The translations under genes and the position numbers were made by a program. The notes under the pieces were generated by a model. The model was not told where the DNA came from and searched no databases. It was given only the letters and a program-made list of their open reading frames with translations. Shown piece after piece: positions 1 through 7,624 of a stretch of 24,019 nt of DNA; positions within the stretch are counted from its first letter, which is position 1, and the number at the start of each line of letters is the position of its first letter. This DNA comes from a virus (lineage: Duplodnaviria > Caudoviricetes). Where the stretch lies: the IMG/VR virus record IMGVR_UViG_3300044300_001022, positions 1 through 24,019 of that record; one strand, written 5' to 3'.

Positions 1-2
1 CT

Positions 3-944
3 ACTCCTACGAGTACACCCGAACCTACACCGTCGCCTACACCCGAACCTACACCTGTACCTACTCTTCAACCTGATCCCACTCCTGTAGAGGTTCCTGA
101 AGCAACCCCAGAAGAACCAGAACTACCAGAAGTCCCAGAATTACCAGAGGAACAGCCCACACCAGAAGAACTGCGACCAGTAGAGGTATTTGAACCCCCA
201 GTAGAAGAAGAGTGGCAACCACCACCATTGATATTAGAGTTAGAGGAAGAAGAAGAATACCCATATGATGATGGTATCATATTTGATGATATAGATTGGG
301 AAGAATTTGATTTTGACGAAGAACTCTTTATTTTAGAGGAATTTGAGGAGTTCGATGAGGGACAAGAAGAGCTATTAGTAGAGGAAGAAATTTTTGATTT
401 TGACGAGGAATTGGTGGATGAACCTATACCAGAAGAAGCTGCGACAGAAACGGAAGAAGAAGTTGCTTTTGTTGATGAGGGAGAACAAGAGGAACCTTTC
501 GTACTCGAAGCAGATGTGGAATTAGATGAGCAAGATTTTGAAGATTTGGAGGTGGAAGATTTAGATGATGAAATTATTGCTGAAATACTACAAGAGCAAG
601 ATGCTGCTGAAGAATTTTTTCAAGAAGTCATAGAAGATAATCCTGATTTCTTTGAGGAAAGCAGCACAGAGGAATTAGAAGAGGTTTTTGAGGCAGCTCC
701 TGAGCTGTTTAATGAAGCACCTGATGAGGTGAAGGAAGAATTTGAGGAGGAAGTGAATATATTTGCTGGGGGATTTGAGGATTACCAGGCTGAGGATAGC
801 ACGATTACTGTGCAGGAACGGCGTGTTGTTGTGACTGCTTCTACTGTTAGTGCTGTTGCTGCGGCTAGGCCAACTGTTCGTGTTGCGCCTTCTCCGTCTG
901 TTGGTGGTCCATCTGTTCCTCAAGGGGGTAGAAGAAGACGATGA
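3..944 (+). CDS. 5'-truncated protein: Pro/Thr-rich linker, long Glu/Asp-rich region, C-terminal hydrophobic stretch and RRRR tail
   Basis: The frame of ORF 228..944 is open back to base 3 (TPTSTPEPTPSPTPEPTPVP...), so the true start lies upstream of the window. The stop TGA overlaps the next ATG (ATGA 941-944). Confidence 0.8.
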   Translation, partial: TPTSTPEPTPSPTPEPTPVPTLQPDPTPVEVPEATPEEPELPEVPELPEEQPTPEELRPVEVFEPPVEEEWQPPPLILELEEEEEYPYDDGIIFDDIDWEEFDFDEELFILEEFEEFDEGQEELLVEEEIFDFDEELVDEPIPEEAATETEEEVAFVDEGEQEEPFVLEADVELDEQDFEDLEVEDLDDEIIAEILQEQDAAEEFFQEVIEDNPDFFEESSTEELEEVFEAAPELFNEAPDEVKEEFEEEVNIFAGGFEDYQAEDSTITVQERRVVVTASTVSAVAAARPTVRVAPSPSVGGPSVPQGGRRRR

Positions 945-1114
945 AATTTTGGAAAAAAGTATTTTTTGAAACCAGTGCATTAAGCTGGACAATCGGTGGA
1001 ACTGGAATTGTTTTGATAACTCTTTCAGGAGAAACTAGAGAAATGGGAATTTGGATTTCTGTTGCTAGTTTTGTCTTTCATATGATTGGTGTTTTGTTAG
1101 ACAAGGAGTCATAA
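941..1114 (+). CDS. Small membrane protein, 57 aa, two hydrophobic segments (not in ORF track)
   Basis: Hand translation: MKFWKKVFFETSALSWTIGGTGIVLITLSGETREMGIWISVASFVFHMIGVLLDKES*. ATGA overlap upstream and TAATG overlap (1112-1116) downstream. Confidence 0.75.
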   Translation: MKFWKKVFFETSALSWTIGGTGIVLITLSGETREMGIWISVASFVFHMIGVLLDKES

Positions 1115-1374
1115 TGACAGATAATTTAAGCGTATTTTTTAATACTTGTTTGCGTATCCTGAGTGTGTTTGGCATTCAGTGTATGGCGATTATTGGGGGA
1201 GCGAGTATGATTGGGGATATACCTGTGTACAAGGCTGCGATACTTAGCGGTGTTGCTGCTGTGGCTCAGGTATTGCAGAAATTAGCTATTGCTTTTGCAG
1301 ATGATGGGAAATTGACGCAAGCTGAGTTAGACGCAGCGTTTGCTAATGTTTCTAGCGGATCGGAGGACCGTTAA
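1114..1374 (+). CDS. Small membrane protein, possibly holin-like
   Basis: AAGGAG ribosome-binding site upstream, two hydrophobic stretches, acidic DDGKLTQAELDAAF tail. Confidence 0.7.
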   Translation: MTDNLSVFFNTCLRILSVFGIQCMAIIGGASMIGDIPVYKAAILSGVAAVAQVLQKLAIAFADDGKLTQAELDAAFANVSSGSEDR

Positions 1375-1972
1375 CCCACATTACTGCTGATTTTCTGATT
1401 CCTTCAGTGACAGGTGTTATCCTATGATGTATGAAACTTGGAAAAATAACGGCAGATCCTTTTGGCGCTCGTTCAATGAACGTGTGGTGTTGGTTATGGA
1501 ACAGGAGTTCTAGTGTTCCACCTTCGTAATCTTCTGGGGAGCTTAGATTCACGGTCACTGATAACTTCCGCACTAACCCTGCTAGCAATGGGTTTGTTGT
1601 TTGGTTTAGTGGCATTGGGTCTGTGGCTGTTCCGACCAGATGTTTTGCGGCGTATCGGTCTTGGTGGCCGTCAGTGTGCCAGTTATACTCGTCGCCTTCT
1701 TCGTAAACCGTGTACTGTACGGCTTCTGGGCGAACCAGGTCTAGTACCCATCCAGCGTCAACATTTGCGGAAAAGGCAAGATCTTCGACCATTTGGAGAG
1801 CGCCGTGGTCGTGTATCCAGCTTATTTGTGAAGAACGTTTTGATGGATCTTCACCAAAGTGAAAGCCGTCTTTAGCGTGGGCCTCGAACGATTTCTCGCC
1901 TTTGTCTTTCAAATAATCGCATTCGCTTTCCGTAAATGCGTTAGGGATGTACCAGTAGTGGTTAGTAAGCAT
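1352..1972 (-). CDS. 2OG-Fe(II) oxygenase (PKHD/prolyl-4-hydroxylase-like)
   Basis: Motifs YNWHTD (HxD), RKLSVTVNLS, YEGGTL, AVIFPSFIHHRITPVTEGIRKSAVMW (distal His and 2OG-binding Arg). It is the only credible minus-strand gene. Confidence 0.9.
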   Translation of the reverse strand: MLTNHYWYIPNAFTESECDYLKDKGEKSFEAHAKDGFHFGEDPSKRSSQISWIHDHGALQMVEDLAFSANVDAGWVLDLVRPEAVQYTVYEEGDEYNWHTDGHQDRYAAKHLVGTATDPMPLNQTTNPLLAGLVRKLSVTVNLSSPEDYEGGTLELLFHNQHHTFIERAPKGSAVIFPSFIHHRITPVTEGIRKSAVMWVNGPPIR

Positions 1973-2861
1973 GGCTTATAGCTTATCAGAGTTGCGGCAG
2001 GAAGCCGAGTGGAGAAAGTGCAAAAAAGATGAATCTTATTTTTTGCGTAATTACTGGCATATAGCGCATCCTGCACATGGGCGTATCTTGTTTGATTTAC
2101 GCAAAGCGCAATCAACAGCGTTAGAGCATTGGGAAGAACATAGGTATTCATTAACGTTAAAAGCTCGGCAGATTGGGTGGTCTACACTTGTAGCAGCCCA
2201 CCAATTTTGGTTAGCGTTTTTTCATTCAGATCAGAACATTATTGATTTGTCCAGGACTGAACGTGAAGCGGTGTTATTGCTGCGTAAGACTAAATATGGG
2301 TTTAAGCATTTACCTGAGTGGATGACTGAACGTGGGCCTAAATCGATAATGGAACATCAACAAAGAATGGGGTTTGACAATGGGTCACAAATTACATCAA
2401 TGCCATCAGCTTCTGACCCAGCTCGTGGCGAATCAGCGTCGCTTATTGTCGTGGATGAATGGGCTTTTCTCCCTAATCCTGAAGAAGCTTGGGCTTCTAT
2501 CGAGCCTGTTGCTGATATTGGTGGTCGCATTATTGGTCTTTCCACTGCGAATGGTAGTGGGAATTTCTATCATCAGCTTTGGGTTGGTGCTACTGCTGGC
2601 GCAAATAAGTTTGCGCCTATGTTTTTCCCGTGGTCAGCGACTGAAGATAGAGGTGAAGCGTGGTACCAGGAAAAAATAGAAAGCATGCTGCCTTGGCAGC
2701 TAGCGCAAGAATACCCAACTACTCCTGAGGAAGCGTTTGTGAAGTCAGGTAACCCTGTGTTTGATTTGGATATTTTGCAAGAAATGGATAGGCGCACGAC
2801 ACGTGGAGAAATGGGGTATATGTGGCGGCAAGGAAACGCTGTGGAGTTTAGACATCAATGA
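1971..2861 (+). CDS. terL: Terminase large subunit, N-terminal ATPase domain as a stand-alone gene
   Basis: Walker A-like LKARQIGWST, Walker B LIVVDE preceded by ARG, coupling motif GLSTANG, and QEYP...AF..SG.PVF. The ORF stops before the nuclease domain. Confidence 0.93.
   Translation: MAYSLSELRQEAEWRKCKKDESYFLRNYWHIAHPAHGRILFDLRKAQSTALEHWEEHRYSLTLKARQIGWSTLVAAHQFWLAFFHSDQNIIDLSRTEREAVLLLRKTKYGFKHLPEWMTERGPKSIMEHQQRMGFDNGSQITSMPSASDPARGESASLIVVDEWAFLPNPEEAWASIEPVADIGGRIIGLSTANGSGNFYHQLWVGATAGANKFAPMFFPWSATEDRGEAWYQEKIESMLPWQLAQEYPTTPEEAFVKSGNPVFDLDILQEMDRRTTRGEMGYMWRQGNAVEFRHQ
1980..1988 (-). promoter_or_regulatory. Candidate extended -10 promoter for a leaderless oxygenase mRNA
   Basis: The minus strand reads TGATAAGCT (TGn-TANNNT), then 7 nt (ATAAGCC), then the ATG. 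No Shine-Dalgarno sequence is present. Confidence 0.45.
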
Positions 2862-3691
2862 ACGAAGATAGAAACATAAGGATTCTTTCTCTCGGCGCAG
2901 GCGTGCAAAGCTCTGCGCTGTTGTTACTCGCCATTGAAGGCCAGATAGAACCTATTGAGCACTGTATTTTTGCTGATACTGGTTGGGAACCTAAAACTGT
3001 CTATCGGCATGTAGAGTATTTAATTCCCTTTATGAAAAAAGCCAATATACAGTTTCATAGAGTTTCTTGTGTGCGGCCAGAGTCAACAGGAAACATTAAA
3101 GAAGACATGTTGAGGGAAGATAAACCGTATTTATCTATTCCATTTTTTATTAAAAATGATGAAGGTAAATCAACTATAAGTAGAAGGCAATGTACTCAAG
3201 AGTATAAAATATCACCTGTTTTGCGAAAGACAAGAGAAATAATGGGTTTGAAATATAATCAAAGATATGCCAAAAAATATGGTATAGCCACAAACCTAAT
3301 GGGTATTAGCACTGATGAAATCCAAAGAATGCGAACGCATAAAAAACCCTACATATTCAATAGCTACCCTTTGATTGATCTCGGAATGTCGAGGCAAGAT
3401 TGTTTAGATTGGATAGACGAGAGAGGATATAAAAAGCCTAGCAGGAGTGCTTGTATCGGTTGTCCTTATCACAGCAACGCTGAATGGTTAGCACTCAAAG
3501 AAAATAGTTTTGAAGAGTTTATGGATGCAGTTAATTTTGAAAGAGAAATAAACAAAGTTGAAACTAGCTATGGGAAAAAACTTTTTTTACATAAAGATTT
3601 GATACCTTTAGATGAAGTAGACTTTAAGCGTGGCGGTGAACCCCAATTAAATTTATTTGATATGGAGTGCCAAGGGATGTGTGGAGTGTGA
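2858..3691 (+). CDS. PP-loop (adenine nucleotide alpha-hydrolase) / PAPS-reductase-like protein with Cys clusters
   Basis: ILSLGAGVQS PP-loop-like motif, IFADTGWE, RQCTQEYKI.P, MGISTDE, YPL, SACIGCPY, and C-terminal ECQGMCGV. Confidence 0.85.
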   Translation: MNEDRNIRILSLGAGVQSSALLLLAIEGQIEPIEHCIFADTGWEPKTVYRHVEYLIPFMKKANIQFHRVSCVRPESTGNIKEDMLREDKPYLSIPFFIKNDEGKSTISRRQCTQEYKISPVLRKTREIMGLKYNQRYAKKYGIATNLMGISTDEIQRMRTHKKPYIFNSYPLIDLGMSRQDCLDWIDERGYKKPSRSACIGCPYHSNAEWLALKENSFEEFMDAVNFEREINKVETSYGKKLFLHKDLIPLDEVDFKRGGEPQLNLFDMECQGMCGV

Positions 3692-4359
3692 GTTTAGAAG
3701 TTTGGGATAGGCCTGATCCGATGAGCGCTTACGTTATGGGAGTAGACACAGCGGAAGGTTTAGGGCATGGAGACTACTCTTGTATCCAGGTTCTTTCTGT
3801 TGGCACTGGAGAGCAGGTAGCTATTTGGCATGGCCATATTGCACCTGATCTATTAGCTGAAGAAGTTCATGCTCTAGGATTATGGTATCGAGATGCCTTG
3901 TGTTGCGTAGAATCAAACAATCATGGGCTCACAACTATCACTGAGTTGCGGCATTTGGGGTATCCTAACTTGTTTAGGCGTAGACAACTTAATAATGTAA
4001 ATAATAGAATAGGCCAAGAGTACGGTTGGAAAACTACACGAACGTCTAAGCCGTTAATGATCGACGATTTAAGTTCTGCACTGCGTAATTGGGAGTTGCA
4101 GATTAATGATAGGCACACAGTTGCTGAGTTGCGTACATTTACTAGAAACGAGAGGGGCTCTATGTCAGGGTCTCCTTATGATGACCGAGTGATGGCTCTT
4201 GCTTTAGCTAACCAGATGAGGAAATTTGCTTATGAACCAGAATATGCACCGCAAGTGGACGATTATTGGACTGTTGATTGGTTTGCTCGTTTGGGTGATG
4301 ATTCGCCGCAAGTTGATCCTTTTCAAATAGGTGCAAACAATGTGCGTGGGACACTGTAA
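3688..4359 (+). CDS. terL: Terminase large subunit, C-terminal RNase H-like nuclease domain as a stand-alone gene
   Basis: YVMGVDTAEG, DYS, VESNNHG, GWKTT..SKP, DDRVMALALA. The start is placed at GTG 3688, which overlaps the upstream TGA; the ORF track uses 3667. Confidence 0.9.
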   Translation: MSLEVWDRPDPMSAYVMGVDTAEGLGHGDYSCIQVLSVGTGEQVAIWHGHIAPDLLAEEVHALGLWYRDALCCVESNNHGLTTITELRHLGYPNLFRRRQLNNVNNRIGQEYGWKTTRTSKPLMIDDLSSALRNWELQINDRHTVAELRTFTRNERGSMSGSPYDDRVMALALANQMRKFAYEPEYAPQVDDYWTVDWFARLGDDSPQVDPFQIGANNVRGTL

Positions 4360-4370
4360 ACTCTTAATAG
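4347..4370 (+). promoter_or_regulatory. TGGGACA-N13-ATAG motif, copy 1 (putative late promoter)
   Basis: TGGGACA CTGTAAACTCTTA ATAG, upstream of the small-gene/portal module. Confidence 0.7.
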
Positions 4371-4398
4371 AGCATATGTATACATGGAAGGTGCTTTA

Positions 4399-4686
4399 AT
4401 GGCAAGTAAATTTGTATCGCACACAAGTGCGTCAGAAACAGTAGACGGTAAGTCAGGTCAAAACAACAAAATGGAACGTGGTTCCAGCGTTGTTGCTAAT
4501 CCGATTTGGCAACCAGGTGGACCTCAAAGCCCTACACAAAGGTTTGTTGATGGAAAGATTAACAACCAAACAAGTGATGAAGGTGCAATTAGTGTTCGTC
4601 AAACTCCTGAAAACCAGCATGGTCTAACAGGTAACGTTGAACCTGCTCCGTATCAGCCAAATTTCTCTGGTTCAGACGCTGGTTAA
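4399..4686 (+). CDS. Hypothetical polar protein
   Basis: ORF 4384..4686. ATG 4399 is preferred because GGAAGG precedes it. TAATG overlap with the next gene. Confidence 0.7.
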   Translation: MASKFVSHTSASETVDGKSGQNNKMERGSSVVANPIWQPGGPQSPTQRFVDGKINNQTSDEGAISVRQTPENQHGLTGNVEPAPYQPNFSGSDAG

Positions 4687-4943
4687 TGGCTATCTTGCCT
4701 AGAGGGGCAAGCTACGAAGAATTTGTAGAGTACGTCATTGATTTGCGTGGCGAAGTCCCTGAAGAAGAACTGAAGGAACTGTACGAACGCCGATTAAAGC
4801 TTCATGGCATTACTTTTGACATGAAGCGTGGCTGGAAAGCGGTTGCTCTTGCTCCTGACGAGCAGGATTTAACGAACAATGAGCGTGAGCAGAAGATAGT
4901 TGCTGAGGCTAAAGCTCAGGGCAGAAACATAGCAAGGGTTTAG
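4686..4943 (+). CDS. Hypothetical protein, 85 aa
   Basis: Coupled ORF filling the space before the portal gene; charged, helical-looking sequence. Confidence 0.75.
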   Translation: MAILPRGASYEEFVEYVIDLRGEVPEEELKELYERRLKLHGITFDMKRGWKAVALAPDEQDLTNNEREQKIVAEAKAQGRNIARV

Positions 4944-4944
4944 T

Positions 4945-6831
4945 ATGGCTAAAAAAACACGTTTCGAGCTACTTACTGATTACCAAGAAAAAGTGGAAAA
5001 ATGTCATGAATGGCGTGAATCTGAAAATTTAGATCGTACTTGGCGTAGGCTTAATGACCTTTATAGGGGGAAACATTGGCCTTCAACTACTTTGAATAAC
5101 CAGGATCTGATAGCTGTCAATTTAGCTTTTTCAACTATTAATGTCATAGCACCTTCCGTAGCAGTTAACTATCCAAAGATAGTTGTCCAAGCTAATAATG
5201 TTGAAGATAGAGATAGGGCTATTTTTGTAGAGGCTATTATCAACCATCTATGGAGGCATCACGATTTTAGAACGCCTTTTAGACGAGCTGTAAAAGATTT
5301 CCTTATTTATGGTCATGGTTGGGTTAAAGTCGGTTGGAAATTTGTAGAGCAAGAACAAAGCGTTACTGAAAATGAACGTGAAATACTGTTAGATCAAGCT
5401 TTTTCTGAAGCTGATTTATTTGCTCAAGAAGCGCCTTTGATGGCTGGTGACATCGCTTCAGATCAAGATATTGTTTCTAATATCCCTGAAACAGTTATGC
5501 GAATTGTTGAGGATCAACCATTTGTTGAGCGTGTAAGCCCATTTGATGTGTACGTGGATCCTGAAGCTACTTGTATCGAAGATGCTAAATGGATAGCTCA
5601 AAAAATTGTTAGGCCGTTATCTGTAGCGCAAAAAGACAAGCGGTATAAACCTTCTGCACGTAAACGTTTAAGTGCTTCTGCTAGGTACAATTTATACGAT
5701 TCAAGTAGTTACTCAGAAGAAAAAGGTGAATACGTTGATGAACGTGTTATCGTCTGGGAATTTTACAACATGATGGATAATACCATCGCAGTATATGCTG
5801 ACAGCGCTAACGAATTTCTTATAGATCCGTTAGCTATGCCGTATGCGTATGGGCAACCGTTTGTTATGTTACGAAACTATGACGTTCCAGATCACTTTTA
5901 CCCTATAGGCGATTTAGAAGCTATTGAGCCCTTGCAACTGGAGTTAGACAAGACGAGAAGCCAGTTGATGAACGATAGGAAGCGTTATGCGAGAAAATAC
6001 CTTTACCACGAACGTTCCTTTGGGCCTGAAGGCCGTGAGGCGTTGGAATCAGATGAAGATGGTCGCCTTGTACCTGTTGTGGACGAGAATAAACCGCTTT
6101 CTGAAATAGTCATGCCGATGCCGCAGGTTCCGTTATCACCTGAAATATACAACTACTCAAACATAATCGAAGAAGATATTAATACGGTTTCTGGCATATC
6201 TGAATATGCACGTGGCGCTATGCCTGAGATACGGCGTACAGCTACAGAAGCTTCTATTGTCGCTGATGCACAAAACGCTAGATCTGCTGACAAGCTAGCT
6301 ATCGTCGAACTGTCTATCTCTAAAGTAGCTAGACGAGTTATCCAATTAATGCAGCAATTCATGACTGGAGAACATGTCGCAAGGCTTAATGTTAAGGGTG
6401 GAGAAACGATGTGGATTCCATATTCTCGGCAAGAAATTGTAGGGGAATATGATTACAGCGTCCAAGCTGGTTCAACACAACCTATGAACGAAACAATTAG
6501 AAAGCAACAAGCTATTTCTTTAATGAACGCTGTTGCTCCTTTAATAGGAAGTGTCATAGACCCTACGGCTATAGCGTTGCACGTTTTAGAAGCTGGATTT
6601 GGCATTAAGGATCCAGAGAAGTTTTTAGCGCAACAGGCTCCACCGCCTCCTCCTGAGATGGCAGCGGAACAAGGACAAATGCCTACTACTGGTGGGCCGC
6701 CTCCTGGAATGGGCAATGCTCTACCGCCTCCTTCGCCTGAAGCAGGGGCTTTTGCGCCTACTGGAGGTGTCCCTCCAGAGTTGCTGGCACAGTTACAAGC
6801 ACAAATGGGTATGGAATTGCCTTCCCTTTAA
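4945..6831 (+). CDS. Portal protein
   Basis: 628 aa between terminase and scaffold/capsid. Portal-like segments LIYGHGWVKVGW, ERVSPFDVYVDP, SGISEYARG..RRTATEA, and a Pro/Gln/Met-rich C-terminal tail. Confidence 0.88.
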   Translation: MAKKTRFELLTDYQEKVEKCHEWRESENLDRTWRRLNDLYRGKHWPSTTLNNQDLIAVNLAFSTINVIAPSVAVNYPKIVVQANNVEDRDRAIFVEAIINHLWRHHDFRTPFRRAVKDFLIYGHGWVKVGWKFVEQEQSVTENEREILLDQAFSEADLFAQEAPLMAGDIASDQDIVSNIPETVMRIVEDQPFVERVSPFDVYVDPEATCIEDAKWIAQKIVRPLSVAQKDKRYKPSARKRLSASARYNLYDSSSYSEEKGEYVDERVIVWEFYNMMDNTIAVYADSANEFLIDPLAMPYAYGQPFVMLRNYDVPDHFYPIGDLEAIEPLQLELDKTRSQLMNDRKRYARKYLYHERSFGPEGREALESDEDGRLVPVVDENKPLSEIVMPMPQVPLSPEIYNYSNIIEEDINTVSGISEYARGAMPEIRRTATEASIVADAQNARSADKLAIVELSISKVARRVIQLMQQFMTGEHVARLNVKGGETMWIPYSRQEIVGEYDYSVQAGSTQPMNETIRKQQAISLMNAVAPLIGSVIDPTAIALHVLEAGFGIKDPEKFLAQQAPPPPPEMAAEQGQMPTTGGPPPGMGNALPPPSPEAGAFAPTGGVPPELLAQLQAQMGMELPSL

Positions 6832-6855
6832 TGGGACACTGTGCTTAACTTATAG
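6832..6855 (+). promoter_or_regulatory. TGGGACA-N13-ATAG motif, copy 2
   Basis: TGGGACA CTGTGCTTAACTT ATAG, directly after the portal stop and upstream of scaffold and capsid. Confidence 0.72.
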
Positions 6856-6891
6856 GAACACCTTATTTATTAAGACTCCAAGGAGGGCATT

Positions 6892-7605
6892 GTGCCTGAA
6901 GAAACAGAAGCCATAGAATCCACTGAAGCAGCGGACAACCTAGAAACTTCAACAGAAGTACCAGAGGAACCTGGATATGTCGTCAAAATTGACGGCGAGG
7001 AACAACAGGTCAGTCTCGAAGAACTTCAAAACGGTTATCAACGGCAAGCGGATTACACTCGTAAGACGCAGGAGATAGCTGCTGAACGTGAGCGTTTGCT
7101 CCAAGCGGAAGCGATTGTGTCTGCGCTGGAAAAAGATCCAGCAGGGACATTGGATACTTTAGCTCGTTCATTTAATGTTAATCCTTCAGCTAATACTCAA
7201 AATGATAATCTTGAGTATGAGCAGGATCCGACAGAACGTAAACTAGTTGAATTAGAAAACAAAATCGCTGCACAGGAGCAAGTGCAAAGGGTTCAAAAAA
7301 TAGAGCGTGAAGTTAACACTTTGCAAGAAAAATATGGAGAGTTTGACAGACAAGAACTGCTAAATCATGCGTTAAAGAACGGTATACCCAACCTTGAGGC
7401 TGCGTATACTCATATGAGATTTAACGAGGTTAAGACCACAGCGGATAAACTTTCGCAGGAACAGGAAATAACCAACAAAAAACGTGAAGCAGCGGTAGTC
7501 ACTCCTGGTGGTTCCACACAAACTGGAACTGCTCCTGAACCAACTCCTGAGGTTTCAAGTCTTAGAGAAGCTTTCGCTTTAGCCAAAAAACAGTTAAACA
7601 ATTAA
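6892..7605 (+). CDS. Capsid scaffolding protein
   Basis: AAGGAGG RBS and GTG start, acidic N-terminus, VKIDGEEQQVSLEELQNGYQRQADYTRKTQE motif typical of phage scaffolds, coiled-coil character, located before the capsid gene. Confidence 0.85.
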   Translation: MPEETEAIESTEAADNLETSTEVPEEPGYVVKIDGEEQQVSLEELQNGYQRQADYTRKTQEIAAERERLLQAEAIVSALEKDPAGTLDTLARSFNVNPSANTQNDNLEYEQDPTERKLVELENKIAAQEQVQRVQKIEREVNTLQEKYGEFDRQELLNHALKNGIPNLEAAYTHMRFNEVKTTADKLSQEQEITNKKREAAVVTPGGSTQTGTAPEPTPEVSSLREAFALAKKQLNN

Positions 7606-7624
7606 CCTCTAAGGAGACAAGAAT

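Noticed and set aside
358-381. Fifth promoter-motif copy (AGGGACA-N13-GTAG)
   Set aside because: It has one mismatch in each box and lies mid-gene in purine-rich low-complexity sequence, so it is probably chance.
1114-1970. Terminase small subunit upstream of terL
   Set aside because: No ORF here resembles TerS. ORF 1513..1875 is an antisense shadow of the oxygenase, and TerS is unidentified in this window.
2853-3690. Translational bypass (T4 gene 60-like) joining the terL halves
   Set aside because: The take-off codon would be CAA, but the nearby CAA at 3671 is not in the nuclease frame. The hop would exceed 800 nt, and a coupled GTG start explains the layout more simply.
2858-3691. Group I/II intron, intein or homing endonuclease interrupting terL
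   Set aside because: The gap is entirely coding, leaving no obvious room for a ribozyme core. There are no LAGLIDADG, HNH, GIY-YIG or RT motifs. The insert is out of frame with both halves, so it is not an intein.
6869-7616. Shared ATTAA..CTCYAAGGAG element before the scaffold and capsid genes
   Set aside because: There are only two copies and most of the match is the Shine-Dalgarno sequence. The possible hairpins are too short to support a regulatory claim.
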